This document shows positions 36,330 through 46,129 of a stretch of DNA of 64,000 nucleotides, piece by piece. How positions within the stretch are numbered: position 1 is the first letter of the stretch; each line of letters begins with the position of its first letter. The notes under the pieces are model-generated. The model was given only the letters and a program-made list of their open reading frames with translations. It did not search any database and had not been told where the DNA came from. Both the position numbers and the translations under genes were made by a program. The stretch covers positions 180,433 to 244,432 of the IMG/VR virus record IMGVR_UViG_3300017786_003484. One strand, given 5' to 3'.

Positions 36330-38642
36330 ATGGGAATTAGAGCATATACAGGTGGACAACTTGGTAATTCAACCACAGCCGAGAACCAGTCACCAACTGG
36401 ATTAACAGTTGAAGAAGTGCAAGATGTTATTGGAATCGCTTTAAATAATGCCGTCCAAGGCGGAACAACAGTTTATGATGATGTTACTGGAACAATAGGA
36501 ATTACATTACCTGATGCAGAAGTAGCTACAAGCACATCTGCTGGTGCTATTATTCCTGGAACAGGTTTAGAGGTTGATGCAAATGGTATTGTAACTCCAA
36601 ACGTTGCAACTGCAACAACTGTTGGTGTTGTTAGAATTGGAACCGGTTTAGCGGTTGATGGTTTTGGAACTTTATCGGCAGTAGTTTCATCAGCAGGAGC
36701 AACAGCATTAAGCGGATTAACAGATGTTGATACTAATGGAGTAACAACAGGACAAATTTTAAAATATGATGGTACATCCTTTGTACCGGCTGACGATGCA
36801 GGTATTGCAGACTATAACAATTTAACTAACTTACCAACATTATTTGATGGAGACTATACTAGTTTATCAAACACACCAGCATTACCAACAGACATATCTG
36901 ATTTAACAGATGTAGGAAATTTAATTGGTAGTGGAGGCGGAGGAGCCGCAGGACCACAAGGACCTGCCGGAGCAGACGGAGCAGACGGAGCCGATGGAGC
37001 AGACGGAGCAACTGGTGCAACAGGACCAGCAGGAGCAGACGGAGCAACAGGACCAGCAGGAGCAGACGGAGCCGCAGGACCACAAGGTGTAGCAGGAGCA
37101 ACTGGTGCAACAGGACCCGCAGGTATAGATGGAACAACAATTACAACTGCAACTGTTGATGTAAATGATGACCTACTTATTACATTAAGTGACGGAACAG
37201 TTATTAATGCCGGTAACTCAACTGGAGCAACTGGTGCAACAGGAGCACAAGGTGCAACTGGAGCAACTGGACCACAAGGAGCACAAGGATTACAAGGACT
37301 AGGTGTAGCAAGTGCAACAGTAGATGCTAATGATGATTTAATCATTGTTTTAAGTGACGGAAGTCAATTAAATGCAGGTAATACTGCTGGACCACAGGGT
37401 ATACAAGGAATTCAAGGAAGTACTGGAGCAACAGGTGCTGTCGGACCTGCAGGTAATGGCGTAGCAACTGCAACTGTTGATGCAAATGATGATTTACAAA
37501 TAACACTAACTGATGGTAGTATAATTAATGCAGGTAATACTGCTGGACCACAAGGTATACAAGGAATTCAAGGTGCAACTGGTGCAACTGGTTCTGCAGG
37601 ACAAAATGGATTAACTGTTACCAATGCAGTCAAAGATGCAAATGACGATTTAATTATTACATTAAGTGATGCTTCAACAATTAATGCAGGAAATATTACT
37701 GGACCTGCTGGAGCACAAGGTATACAAGGTGTAGCAGGAGCAGATAGCACAGTAGTAGGACCTGCTGGAGCCGACGGAGCTGACGGAGCAGACGGAGCAA
37801 CTGGACCTGCCGGAGCAACTGGACCTGCCGGACCTGCTGGAGCAGATGGAGCAGATGGAGCAGATGGTTCTAATGGAATTGACCTAACAGCATTTTCAAT
37901 AACAACTGGTGCTTTAACAGCAAACGGCGGATTAGCATACGATAATACAACTGGTGTGTTTACTTTTAATCCGGTAACTGCTGGCGGTGCTTCTAATGTA
38001 ACATCTATAGGAACTTTGTCAGACGTTGATGTTACAGGATTAACTGATGGACAAGTATTAGCATTTGATAGTGGATCAAACACATGGGAACCAACTACAA
38101 TGTCAGGCGGTGGTGCAAGTACATTATCAGCATTAACAGATGTTAGCACAACTGCACCAGCAATAGGACAAGCGATTGCATGGGATGGATCAGAATGGGC
38201 ACCTACTACAATATCAGGAGGAGGCGGAGGCGCCGCGAGTGGAATATTTAGAGCCGAGGTTACTGTAAATTATGCAAGTAATGGTTCGTTATCATCAGTT
38301 TCAGTACTAAGTGGTGGAATATCTGCTACGGTAGTAGACTCAACTTCAACAGTATGTACAGTCGAGTTTGAATTTACTGGAAGTGTATGCAACCCATTAA
38401 GTATACAAGTTTATGGTTATCAGAGAGTAGCCAATCAATACGTTACAAGAGCATTAGCAAGTGACTTCTCAAACAGAAAGGTCGCCGCTGGAGGCTCATC
38501 AGGAAGTCCTACTGCATTCAACTCGTATAATCCGGCAACAAACAAGTTAACTTTAAGTTTAACAAAATCGTTAACTGGTGCAAGTGGCGGACTTGGACAA
38601 ACGACTGAGGCAATAGTTTCCTTCTTATTAAGTAACTCGTAA
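36330..38642 (+). CDS. collagen-like tail fibre protein
   Basis: Multiple Gly-X-Y runs, L..L.DV fibre repeats, G/A/T-rich composition. Confidence 0.85.
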   Translation: MGIRAYTGGQLGNSTTAENQSPTGLTVEEVQDVIGIALNNAVQGGTTVYDDVTGTIGITLPDAEVATSTSAGAIIPGTGLEVDANGIVTPNVATATTVGVVRIGTGLAVDGFGTLSAVVSSAGATALSGLTDVDTNGVTTGQILKYDGTSFVPADDAGIADYNNLTNLPTLFDGDYTSLSNTPALPTDISDLTDVGNLIGSGGGGAAGPQGPAGADGADGADGADGATGATGPAGADGATGPAGADGAAGPQGVAGATGATGPAGIDGTTITTATVDVNDDLLITLSDGTVINAGNSTGATGATGAQGATGATGPQGAQGLQGLGVASATVDANDDLIIVLSDGSQLNAGNTAGPQGIQGIQGSTGATGAVGPAGNGVATATVDANDDLQITLTDGSIINAGNTAGPQGIQGIQGATGATGSAGQNGLTVTNAVKDANDDLIITLSDASTINAGNITGPAGAQGIQGVAGADSTVVGPAGADGADGADGATGPAGATGPAGPAGADGADGADGSNGIDLTAFSITTGALTANGGLAYDNTTGVFTFNPVTAGGASNVTSIGTLSDVDVTGLTDGQVLAFDSGSNTWEPTTMSGGGASTLSALTDVSTTAPAIGQAIAWDGSEWAPTTISGGGGGAASGIFRAEVTVNYASNGSLSSVSVLSGGISATVVDSTSTVCTVEFEFTGSVCNPLSIQVYGYQRVANQYVTRALASDFSNRKVAAGGSSGSPTAFNSYNPATNKLTLSLTKSLTGASGGLGQTTEAIVSFLLSNS
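36943..37870 (+). repeat. collagen 9-bp repeats alternating with four copies of a ~28-aa spacer module
   Basis: GGAGCAGAC-type repeats; ATVDANDDL.I.L.DG..INAGN x4; near-identical DNA repeat at ~37371 and ~37527. Confidence 0.85.
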
Positions 38643-38657
38643 AGGAAATACAGATTT

Positions 38658-40643
38658 ATGGCAATTAATGCTTGGAAAACAACATTTATAGGTATTAACA
38701 AACCACCTAAAGTTTTAGATGGAAACGCAACTGCATTCACTCCTAAAGAATTCTGGGCTCATCAAAATGGACCAAACGATCCATATTGGATTGGTGGCTC
38801 AAACCCACAGTATTATCAATGGGAAGTTGATATAAATGTTAACTCTAGACAACACGGATCACACCTAACTAGAACTCCATTTTACTTTGACGCACAAGAT
38901 GTTGAAGTTGGCGACTTTGTCGCAGGCGCCCAAGACGGAAAAGTAGTACAGATAAAGAAGGTGCTTGTTAAAACAAATAGCTCAGTGAAAGTTTTAGTCG
39001 AAGATACATTACGTTATAATACGTTCAGAGATCCAACAGGATTTGGTTTATTTACAGCACCAGGACCTGTTGTTATATTTCAAATTAATGAACTAGGACA
39101 TCCTATGTTAGATCCAGTTCCAGGAACATGTTCAACTGACTTCTTTAGTAACGTTCAGTCTAGGTTCCAGTATATGAATCCATTAACAAATTATATTTTA
39201 GAACAAGCAGGTCATAATTTTGAACAAGGAGATGCTATATGTATCGAAGGAGGAGTGTTTGAATTAAGTGATGTTGATAACGTAGAACATTTTATTGGTA
39301 CAGTAGTGTTTCCAGGACCTGGACCTGATCAGTTTATTCTAAGACCAGCAAATGGAATTATTGATTTTGTACCCGGACTACCTGGTAATGTAGGAGAATA
39401 TATCTATCCTAGCATTGACGGTAGTGGTGACTTAACAACTGATGCATCAAGTGCTAGACCAATTTTTATGAAGATTGCAGATGCTATTGCAACAAGTTCT
39501 TATGGAGATGGAATTGACCCTAATGGTACAGACGGAGATATAATTGAGATTAACAAAACTCAGTTAACATTATTAAGTGGTCTTGGAACATATGACCTTG
39601 ACGATGCTGTTGGTATTATTAATAGTCAAACATCAGCACATAAAATAACAGCTTTGAAAACCAATGCACCAACTGAAGTGGCATCTAATACTGCTGGTAA
39701 CGGTAATGCATATGGTATTGTTGCTGGTTATGTTCCTATAGGTGTTACTATTAATGGAGTATCAGTTACTTTTACAACAGACACATCAGGTTCTCAGAAT
39801 TATGGTGCAGGTATTGCTGATGCAAATGATTTCGTTGAAGATATTAATGCGGCAAATATAACAAATATAACTGCTAGTTTAACAAATGGTAACGAAATTA
39901 AATTAACAAATAAAATAGGTGGAGCAATCACTATTGTAAACGTATCACCAGACGGAGGCGGTAATAACTGGGCAGGGGCAGGTTCATTATCTAGTTTAGA
40001 TTTAACAACTGCGGCTAATACAACAACCTTTGCTCTAGCATTAATTAGAGATGACGGCGGCCCAATGACGCTTAGAGATTTAAATGGATTGTTTCTAAAC
40101 CAAGCAGGAGTTATTTCAGGACAAACTGGAAGATTTGCATTAGGACTAAACATTGAACAAGGTATTAGAGCAAGTGCAACAAGTGTTGTTGCAGACATAA
40201 CTGCCAGAGATGCATTGTTGCCATTGGTAGGAGACCAGGCATATGTTATTGATGATGGTGACGGTGAATGGGGAATGTATCTTTATGATGGTTCAAACTG
40301 GAATAGATTTAATAACCAAAGAGCTGAAGACACAGATGCAAGAACATTAACATCAGGTTCATTAACATTACCTATTGCTGTTCAAGATATTGGTTCAATA
40401 AGTTCTGCTAGGAGAGTATTAAACGTTGCTGTTAAAGTAATAACAGAAATTGTTGGTGTCTGTACATTAAAAGTTACAGTAGGAACTGAAGAAGTGTTTG
40501 ATATAGTAAAACACGGAGGAACTGAAGTAGGAACATATGTTGCTGAAACAACTTACATAACAAGTAACTATGAAGATATTCAGATAACTGGTATGTCAGC
40601 GGCAACCTCAGGTGAAATTAAAGTGGAGGTAACTTACATATGA
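38658..40643 (+). CDS. virion structural / baseplate-fibre associated protein
   Basis: 661 aa G/T/N-rich protein in the fibre operon; V.DI.ARDAL....GD..YV..DG module. Confidence 0.65.
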   Translation: MAINAWKTTFIGINKPPKVLDGNATAFTPKEFWAHQNGPNDPYWIGGSNPQYYQWEVDINVNSRQHGSHLTRTPFYFDAQDVEVGDFVAGAQDGKVVQIKKVLVKTNSSVKVLVEDTLRYNTFRDPTGFGLFTAPGPVVIFQINELGHPMLDPVPGTCSTDFFSNVQSRFQYMNPLTNYILEQAGHNFEQGDAICIEGGVFELSDVDNVEHFIGTVVFPGPGPDQFILRPANGIIDFVPGLPGNVGEYIYPSIDGSGDLTTDASSARPIFMKIADAIATSSYGDGIDPNGTDGDIIEINKTQLTLLSGLGTYDLDDAVGIINSQTSAHKITALKTNAPTEVASNTAGNGNAYGIVAGYVPIGVTINGVSVTFTTDTSGSQNYGAGIADANDFVEDINAANITNITASLTNGNEIKLTNKIGGAITIVNVSPDGGGNNWAGAGSLSSLDLTTAANTTTFALALIRDDGGPMTLRDLNGLFLNQAGVISGQTGRFALGLNIEQGIRASATSVVADITARDALLPLVGDQAYVIDDGDGEWGMYLYDGSNWNRFNNQRAEDTDARTLTSGSLTLPIAVQDIGSISSARRVLNVAVKVITEIVGVCTLKVTVGTEEVFDIVKHGGTEVGTYVAETTYITSNYEDIQITGMSAATSGEIKVEVTYI

Positions 40644-41026
40644 GCCAGAACTATTCAAATATCGCAGGAACAACTTCTAGCGAATTTAGACTTTCAAGTG
40701 GATCAACTGCTATGGTTAGATACCTAGTGTTAACAGGCGAAGGTGGCACAAATGCTACCAACAGAGAATCTCAGCCAATAGTATTAGGAGATCATGAATT
40801 TTACGATTTAAAGGTTTTAGCAAAAGATGGTACTGATATATACGCGAGCCAAATGAGAGGGCTCATTACAACAATAAATACAACTAGAATTGAAGATGTA
40901 TTCGCTGAAGACATTAGTGGAGCAGATATAACTGTAACTAATACTTCGGGTAATTTAAATATAGCTTTGGCAGGAGCCTCAACTATTGAATACACGATTT
41001 CAATAACACTAACAAGGATGGGTTAA
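40640..41026 (+). CDS. small virion structural protein (putative)
   Basis: Coupled, beta-rich. Confidence 0.55.
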   Translation: MSQNYSNIAGTTSSEFRLSSGSTAMVRYLVLTGEGGTNATNRESQPIVLGDHEFYDLKVLAKDGTDIYASQMRGLITTINTTRIEDVFAEDISGADITVTNTSGNLNIALAGASTIEYTISITLTRMG

Positions 41027-41029
41027 AAC

Positions 41030-41305
41030 ATGGCAATTTATACAGCAAAAGTTAAAATAACAGATTTAGCAGAACAGCTCTATAGTCTTGTAAGTGCAGA
41101 AGATGTTTTGCCTATAGTAGATATTACTGGAGACTCAAGTAAAAAGATTACTGTGGCTAACTTACAACTTTGGTTAGAAAGCAACGGGATTGCAACTGAT
41201 GCACAGATACAAGCAATACAAGCAGAACTAGTACAAATTCAAAATAACATTGACAATATCGAAGATGGTACAGGAAATATTCTTTTGGATGGTGGAACGT
41301 ATTAA
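41030..41305 (+). CDS. fibre-associated small protein
   Basis: KITDL..D.LPIVD...KKIT motif, LDGGTY end. Confidence 0.6.
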   Translation: MAIYTAKVKITDLAEQLYSLVSAEDVLPIVDITGDSSKKITVANLQLWLESNGIATDAQIQAIQAELVQIQNNIDNIEDGTGNILLDGGTY

Positions 41306-41320
41306 TAAAAGGAAAAGACT

Positions 41321-43324
41321 ATGCCAGAAATTAAAGTAAGTGATTTACCAAATTATGAGACTCCGGATTCTAATGATTATGTTTTAGTATTAGAACGTAG
41401 TAATTCATTACCTACAACATTTAAAACATATAAAACTGAAGTTAGCTCTTTATTAACATCAGACGTAGTTAATGATGCTATTACTGCAGGAGTAATAGCA
41501 CACATAGGATCTCTCAACGATGTTATTGGACGCTTAACTTACAATGCAACTTATCAACAAATTGCTCTTGCCGCAGGCAATGAATTTATAGTTAACGATC
41601 CAAGAGTATATTCTGAAGATGAAAATGGTAATGCTATAACATATGCAGACGAATATAGTGTTGTGCCTAAAAAATATGTTGATGCACAAGATACTGCAGA
41701 TAAGACTTATTTAGAAGGCTTAATTAACAATATTTCAAACAACAGCTTTACAACAGCTGGCGGAACTTTAACTGGTGACTTAACATTATCAGCATCGCAG
41801 AATACAAGTAATGAAAGATCTGCGGCATCTGTAGGATATGTTAATACATATGTCCAATCACAAAGTTTTATTAGTGCCAACGGTGCAACTATTACTGGAA
41901 ACTTATTTGTACCAACTCCAACAAGTTCAACAATGGTTGCAAACAAAGCATATGTTGATGCAACAGTATCAACTGGAGTAACAGGTATTACATCAGACGG
42001 AATCCCCGAGGGGACCACTAATTTATATTTCACGGATGCTAGAGCTCAAGGAGCAATTAGTGTTGCTGGTGACTTAACTTATACAAATGGTGTTTTAAGT
42101 TATACTGGTTTAACAACTGCGGATCTTCCAACTACATTAAGTGAACTAACAAACGATATGGGATTTATCGGTACAGCCGGACTTGCTGATTATCCAACTC
42201 GCTCAGAGATCTCGGCAGTAGGATTTTCTAACAACTATGCTGATTTAATTAACAAACCAAACATTCCAGACATGTCAACTGTTATTGTTTCAACTGCTGG
42301 ACCAGCAGGTATTCCTTTAGCCAACGTAGTTTCAGCCGCAGGTATATCGGGTTCGTTTGATGATTTATCTAATAAGCCACTTGGTGTTTATGGATCAGTC
42401 GAAGGACTTCTTCAGTTCGTACAAACAATTAACTTACAAGGTGATGGATTAGAAAATATTGCAACTACAAACTTCCAAGGATTAGATGCTATACAAGTTA
42501 ATGTTAGACCTGGTACTGGAATTAATGTTTCAACAACAGTTTATGACAATACAGATCCGGCTAACCCAGTTTATGTAAGTGGCGGTGAAGTATCAGTAGA
42601 CGATACAGTAATTGCAACTAAAACATATGTTGATTCGCAGGTTGCATCATATGATAATACAGATGAAATAACAGAAGGAACAACTAATTTATACTATACA
42701 GATGCAAGAGTAGATACCAGACTTAGTTCTTCAGGAGCCGTTATAACTGCGGCACAGTATGCTGGAATCATAACAACTAACCCAGCAGATAATACTGATA
42801 CAACTGCTCACATTTTAGGGAACACAGGAGTAAGTGCAAATGGTGCGGCAACTGGTTGGTTCTATGGAGATATTATATCAGACCCTACCAACCCATCAGG
42901 TTCTGTTAGAGTATTAGATGTAGATAATGCCGTTATAAATGCTAGAATCTATGATACTAATGGTAATGTTCTTCTTGATAATACAAGCGGATCAGCTAGT
43001 TTTGGAGGCGATATTTTCTCAAGTGGTGCCAGTTCATTCTCAGGAACAGTTGATTTTACAGGTGCAACATTAACAGGTATTACAACAGCCGATCAATCAT
43101 TAGATACAACAGATGATGTAGAATTCAATCAAGTAACAACAAGTAACTTGGTGTTTGGAGGAACTGGACCTGTGTCGTTTGCGAGCGGAAATAACTTAGT
43201 GTTTACAGCCGCAGGAACGATAACATTCAATGGAGACGAGTATATAAGTATTAGTGCATTTAAAACATTGGTAGCTTCTGCAACTGACTTTGCTGACTTC
43301 CAAGCCAAAACTGCATTATTATAA
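41321..43324 (+). CDS. tail fibre protein
   Basis: Repeated K.YVD, EGTTNLY(F/Y)TDAR x2, Y.DL.NKP fibre motifs. Confidence 0.8.
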   Translation: MPEIKVSDLPNYETPDSNDYVLVLERSNSLPTTFKTYKTEVSSLLTSDVVNDAITAGVIAHIGSLNDVIGRLTYNATYQQIALAAGNEFIVNDPRVYSEDENGNAITYADEYSVVPKKYVDAQDTADKTYLEGLINNISNNSFTTAGGTLTGDLTLSASQNTSNERSAASVGYVNTYVQSQSFISANGATITGNLFVPTPTSSTMVANKAYVDATVSTGVTGITSDGIPEGTTNLYFTDARAQGAISVAGDLTYTNGVLSYTGLTTADLPTTLSELTNDMGFIGTAGLADYPTRSEISAVGFSNNYADLINKPNIPDMSTVIVSTAGPAGIPLANVVSAAGISGSFDDLSNKPLGVYGSVEGLLQFVQTINLQGDGLENIATTNFQGLDAIQVNVRPGTGINVSTTVYDNTDPANPVYVSGGEVSVDDTVIATKTYVDSQVASYDNTDEITEGTTNLYYTDARVDTRLSSSGAVITAAQYAGIITTNPADNTDTTAHILGNTGVSANGAATGWFYGDIISDPTNPSGSVRVLDVDNAVINARIYDTNGNVLLDNTSGSASFGGDIFSSGASSFSGTVDFTGATLTGITTADQSLDTTDDVEFNQVTTSNLVFGGTGPVSFASGNNLVFTAAGTITFNGDEYISISAFKTLVASATDFADFQAKTALL

Positions 43325-43335
43325 CGGAGGTACGA

Positions 43336-44196
43336 ATGGATAAACAGGTTAGAGTATGGGACGATTTAATTGACGCAGATCTACATAAAGCGGTATACGA
43401 TTGGGGACAAAGTGTTTCTTGGTATGCTAAAGCATTATTAGATGTTAACGGAGATTACATTAGAGGTGTCCCAAACGATAGAGATTTTGATGGCTGGGCA
43501 ATTCAGGAATATAATCCAACACTTCATGGAAACGGCAATCCTAGACCAGATACTCCAGAAAAGTATAGAGCAGAATTAGTTAGTCTCTGGAGGCATATGA
43601 CTGGTTGGGACGACGCTTCATTGCAGGAACGCAATCCAATTATATGGCAACTGTTTGATACAATTAATCAAAAATTATTTGACGGACAAGCCTCAACAAA
43701 TGGATTTCCAGAGCACCATGTTTTATCTGGTCCAAGAGAATACTATGTAGATGGCAAAGATTTTTATGAAAAATATGATGCTCCACGTGAAGCTAATTGG
43801 ACTTCTATGTTAAATTGTAGGAATACAATGCCAGGTAACAAGCACAGAGGCATTGGACAACGAATGGGACAAATTCATAAAGATACAGACTCATCGAAAG
43901 AACCTTCTCCTAATCATTTTAGTTTACTTTTTATTAGTAACTTAAATTGGGAACCAGATTGGGGAGGAGAGTTAAAATATTTTGGTGACGAACAGACTGG
44001 TTCCACTCAATGGAAAAATGGATACGATATAGGTTGGCCAACAGATATTGTTGGAAATAAACCAGGAAGAATTATAATGTACTCACATGATAAGATTCAT
44101 ATGACAGAGGCTCCAAAGACAACATCTCCGGAGTTTACTCAAAAAATAGCATTTAGGATAACTTTACCAGACTCATGGCTGAACTCGAATACATAA
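43336..44196 (+). CDS. prolyl-hydroxylase-like 2OG-Fe(II) oxygenase
   Basis: IHKD, W.PDWGGEL, KPGRII.Y....IH....P, IAFR. Confidence 0.8.
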   Translation: MDKQVRVWDDLIDADLHKAVYDWGQSVSWYAKALLDVNGDYIRGVPNDRDFDGWAIQEYNPTLHGNGNPRPDTPEKYRAELVSLWRHMTGWDDASLQERNPIIWQLFDTINQKLFDGQASTNGFPEHHVLSGPREYYVDGKDFYEKYDAPREANWTSMLNCRNTMPGNKHRGIGQRMGQIHKDTDSSKEPSPNHFSLLFISNLNWEPDWGGELKYFGDEQTGSTQWKNGYDIGWPTDIVGNKPGRIIMYSHDKIHMTEAPKTTSPEFTQKIAFRITLPDSWLNSNT

Positions 44197-45716
44197 TTGT
44201 TGTAAAGGACTCAACTGTTTGGGAAACATCTTTGTGGGACGAACTTACCAAAGACGGTTTAGGTGACGACTTCATTCCTACTAGAGGTGTTACTGTTATA
44301 AATGACAGACCTTTCAATACTAAATTAGCACATTTTAGTCTTACTGCTGAAGAAGCCGCAGAGATTGCAAAAGACGATCGTATTGAATCAATTGAACTGA
44401 ATCCAGAGCTAAATGATGAAATTGAATTTGGATTCTCTGGTTTAAGAGGAGTAAGAACCTACAACAGAGAATTATTTAATACAGCAGATAACCATACTAA
44501 CTGGGGCCTTGCAAGATGTATATCTGAAACAAACCAATTTAATAATGCTACAGTTGAAGTAGCACAGCAATATCCTTTTAACCTTGACGGAACTGGAGTT
44601 GATTTAATAGTAGTTGATTCTGGTGTAGAAGAAAACCATCCAGAGTTTGCTGTTAATGCTGACGGTACAGGTGGAAGCAGGGTTGTTAATTTTGATTGGT
44701 CTACATTAAATGTTCCTGGTTGTCCTACTGGCCCTAGCATTGGTGGTTACTTAGGAGATAGTGACGGACACGGAACAAATTGTGCCAGTATAGCCGCTGG
44801 AAATACACAAGGCTGGGCATCAGGCGCCGCAATATATTCTTTAAGAATCTTTCAAGGAATAGATATTACTGATGGATCTACATTAGGAGAAATTAGCACA
44901 AATATTGTTTGGGATATTATTAAAGCATTCCATGATAAGAAGGTAAACGACGGCAATACAAGACCAACTATCTGCACAAACAGTTGGGGTTTTAGAACTG
45001 CTTATACTAATATAACTTCAATAACATATAGAGGAGTAACTACATCAGCTACAAGTAGAGATACTAGCAAAGGTATGATTAATTTCCAACACGGAGTAAT
45101 GATTAACTCTCAATCAGTATCAGTAGCCAATGCATCATCTACTGGTGTTATAATGGTAGGAGCCGCTGGTAATTATTTTCATAAATCAGATGTCAATGGA
45201 GGATTAGATTACGATAACTTTTATACATCAAGTACATTAGGTAACGTGTTTTATCATCAAGGTAGTTCGCCAACTAACGCAGACGAAATGATTTGCGTAG
45301 GAGCAACTGCTTCTAATGATAACTTTGATACAAAAGTTAATTTTAGCGAGACTGGACCGAGGGTTGACATTTATGCTCCAGGTGATGGTATTATGGGAGG
45401 ATATGCTAACAAGTCATATAATACTGCGGCAGTCCAGGATCCTAGAGATCCTCAATACTTCTTAAACAAAGTATCAGGAACTAGCCAAGCAACACCTCAA
45501 GTAGCAGGAGTGATGTGTTTATTAGCACAAGCAGATCCAACAATTACGAAGACACAAATGCTCGACTTACTTAATAAGTATGCATTAGTTGACATAATGG
45601 ATACTGGTGCAAACGATACGGATTATACAAACGTTACTGGCTTACAAGGTGGACCTAACGTATTCTTACAAAATCCATTTTCATCACCTAACAGAGGCGG
45701 CATTACAAGCACATAA
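44175..45716 (+). CDS. subtilisin-family (S8) serine protease
   Basis: VVDSG, HGT.CAS.AAG, AAGN, SGTSQATPQVAG; N-terminal propeptide-like region. Confidence 0.93.
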   Translation: MAELEYIIVVKDSTVWETSLWDELTKDGLGDDFIPTRGVTVINDRPFNTKLAHFSLTAEEAAEIAKDDRIESIELNPELNDEIEFGFSGLRGVRTYNRELFNTADNHTNWGLARCISETNQFNNATVEVAQQYPFNLDGTGVDLIVVDSGVEENHPEFAVNADGTGGSRVVNFDWSTLNVPGCPTGPSIGGYLGDSDGHGTNCASIAAGNTQGWASGAAIYSLRIFQGIDITDGSTLGEISTNIVWDIIKAFHDKKVNDGNTRPTICTNSWGFRTAYTNITSITYRGVTTSATSRDTSKGMINFQHGVMINSQSVSVANASSTGVIMVGAAGNYFHKSDVNGGLDYDNFYTSSTLGNVFYHQGSSPTNADEMICVGATASNDNFDTKVNFSETGPRVDIYAPGDGIMGGYANKSYNTAAVQDPRDPQYFLNKVSGTSQATPQVAGVMCLLAQADPTITKTQMLDLLNKYALVDIMDTGANDTDYTNVTGLQGGPNVFLQNPFSSPNRGGITST

Positions 45717-45727
45717 GGAGAAATACT

Positions 45728-46111
45728 ATGACAGATATATTAGAACCTGAACACTATATTAGAATTTGCATCTCTAGGGAACTAACTAGCGAAGAAGTAA
45801 TACAGTTAGAAGATATTGTAAGTTTGCATCTAGAAGATATGATAGTTGGAACACAGGTACTATATCATATGAATGCATATGAAGATATGCATTGTTATGT
45901 TTTTGAAATTGACGAAGACTTAACCGTTGTTAACTTTGGTGTTAAACTAGGAGATAGAATTAGCCAAGACTTAGATAAATGGTTGCCTAAAGACGACCTA
46001 TGGGAAATGGAAACTAGTTTACCAGACATGGTTATACCAGTTGACGAAACTATGACTGAACAAGAGATTTTTGAAAGAGCAACCAAGACAGCAAAGACAT
46101 TATTGCATTAG
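45728..46111 (+). CDS. acidic hypothetical protein
   Basis: TAAGGAG SD. Confidence 0.7.
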   Translation: MTDILEPEHYIRICISRELTSEEVIQLEDIVSLHLEDMIVGTQVLYHMNAYEDMHCYVFEIDEDLTVVNFGVKLGDRISQDLDKWLPKDDLWEMETSLPDMVIPVDETMTEQEIFERATKTAKTLLH

Positions 46112-46129
46112 AAGTACAGGAAAGAAGTA

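Noticed and set aside
36943-37870. Periodic DNA repeats resembling a CRISPR array
   Set aside because: In-frame coding repeats of the fibre with third-position variation; no repeat-spacer structure and no cas genes
36854-38149. Long minus-strand ORFs (36854, 36859, 37568) with repetitive Pro/Ala or Leu sequences
   Set aside because: Antisense shadows of the collagen Gly-X-Y repeats; no SD or promoter
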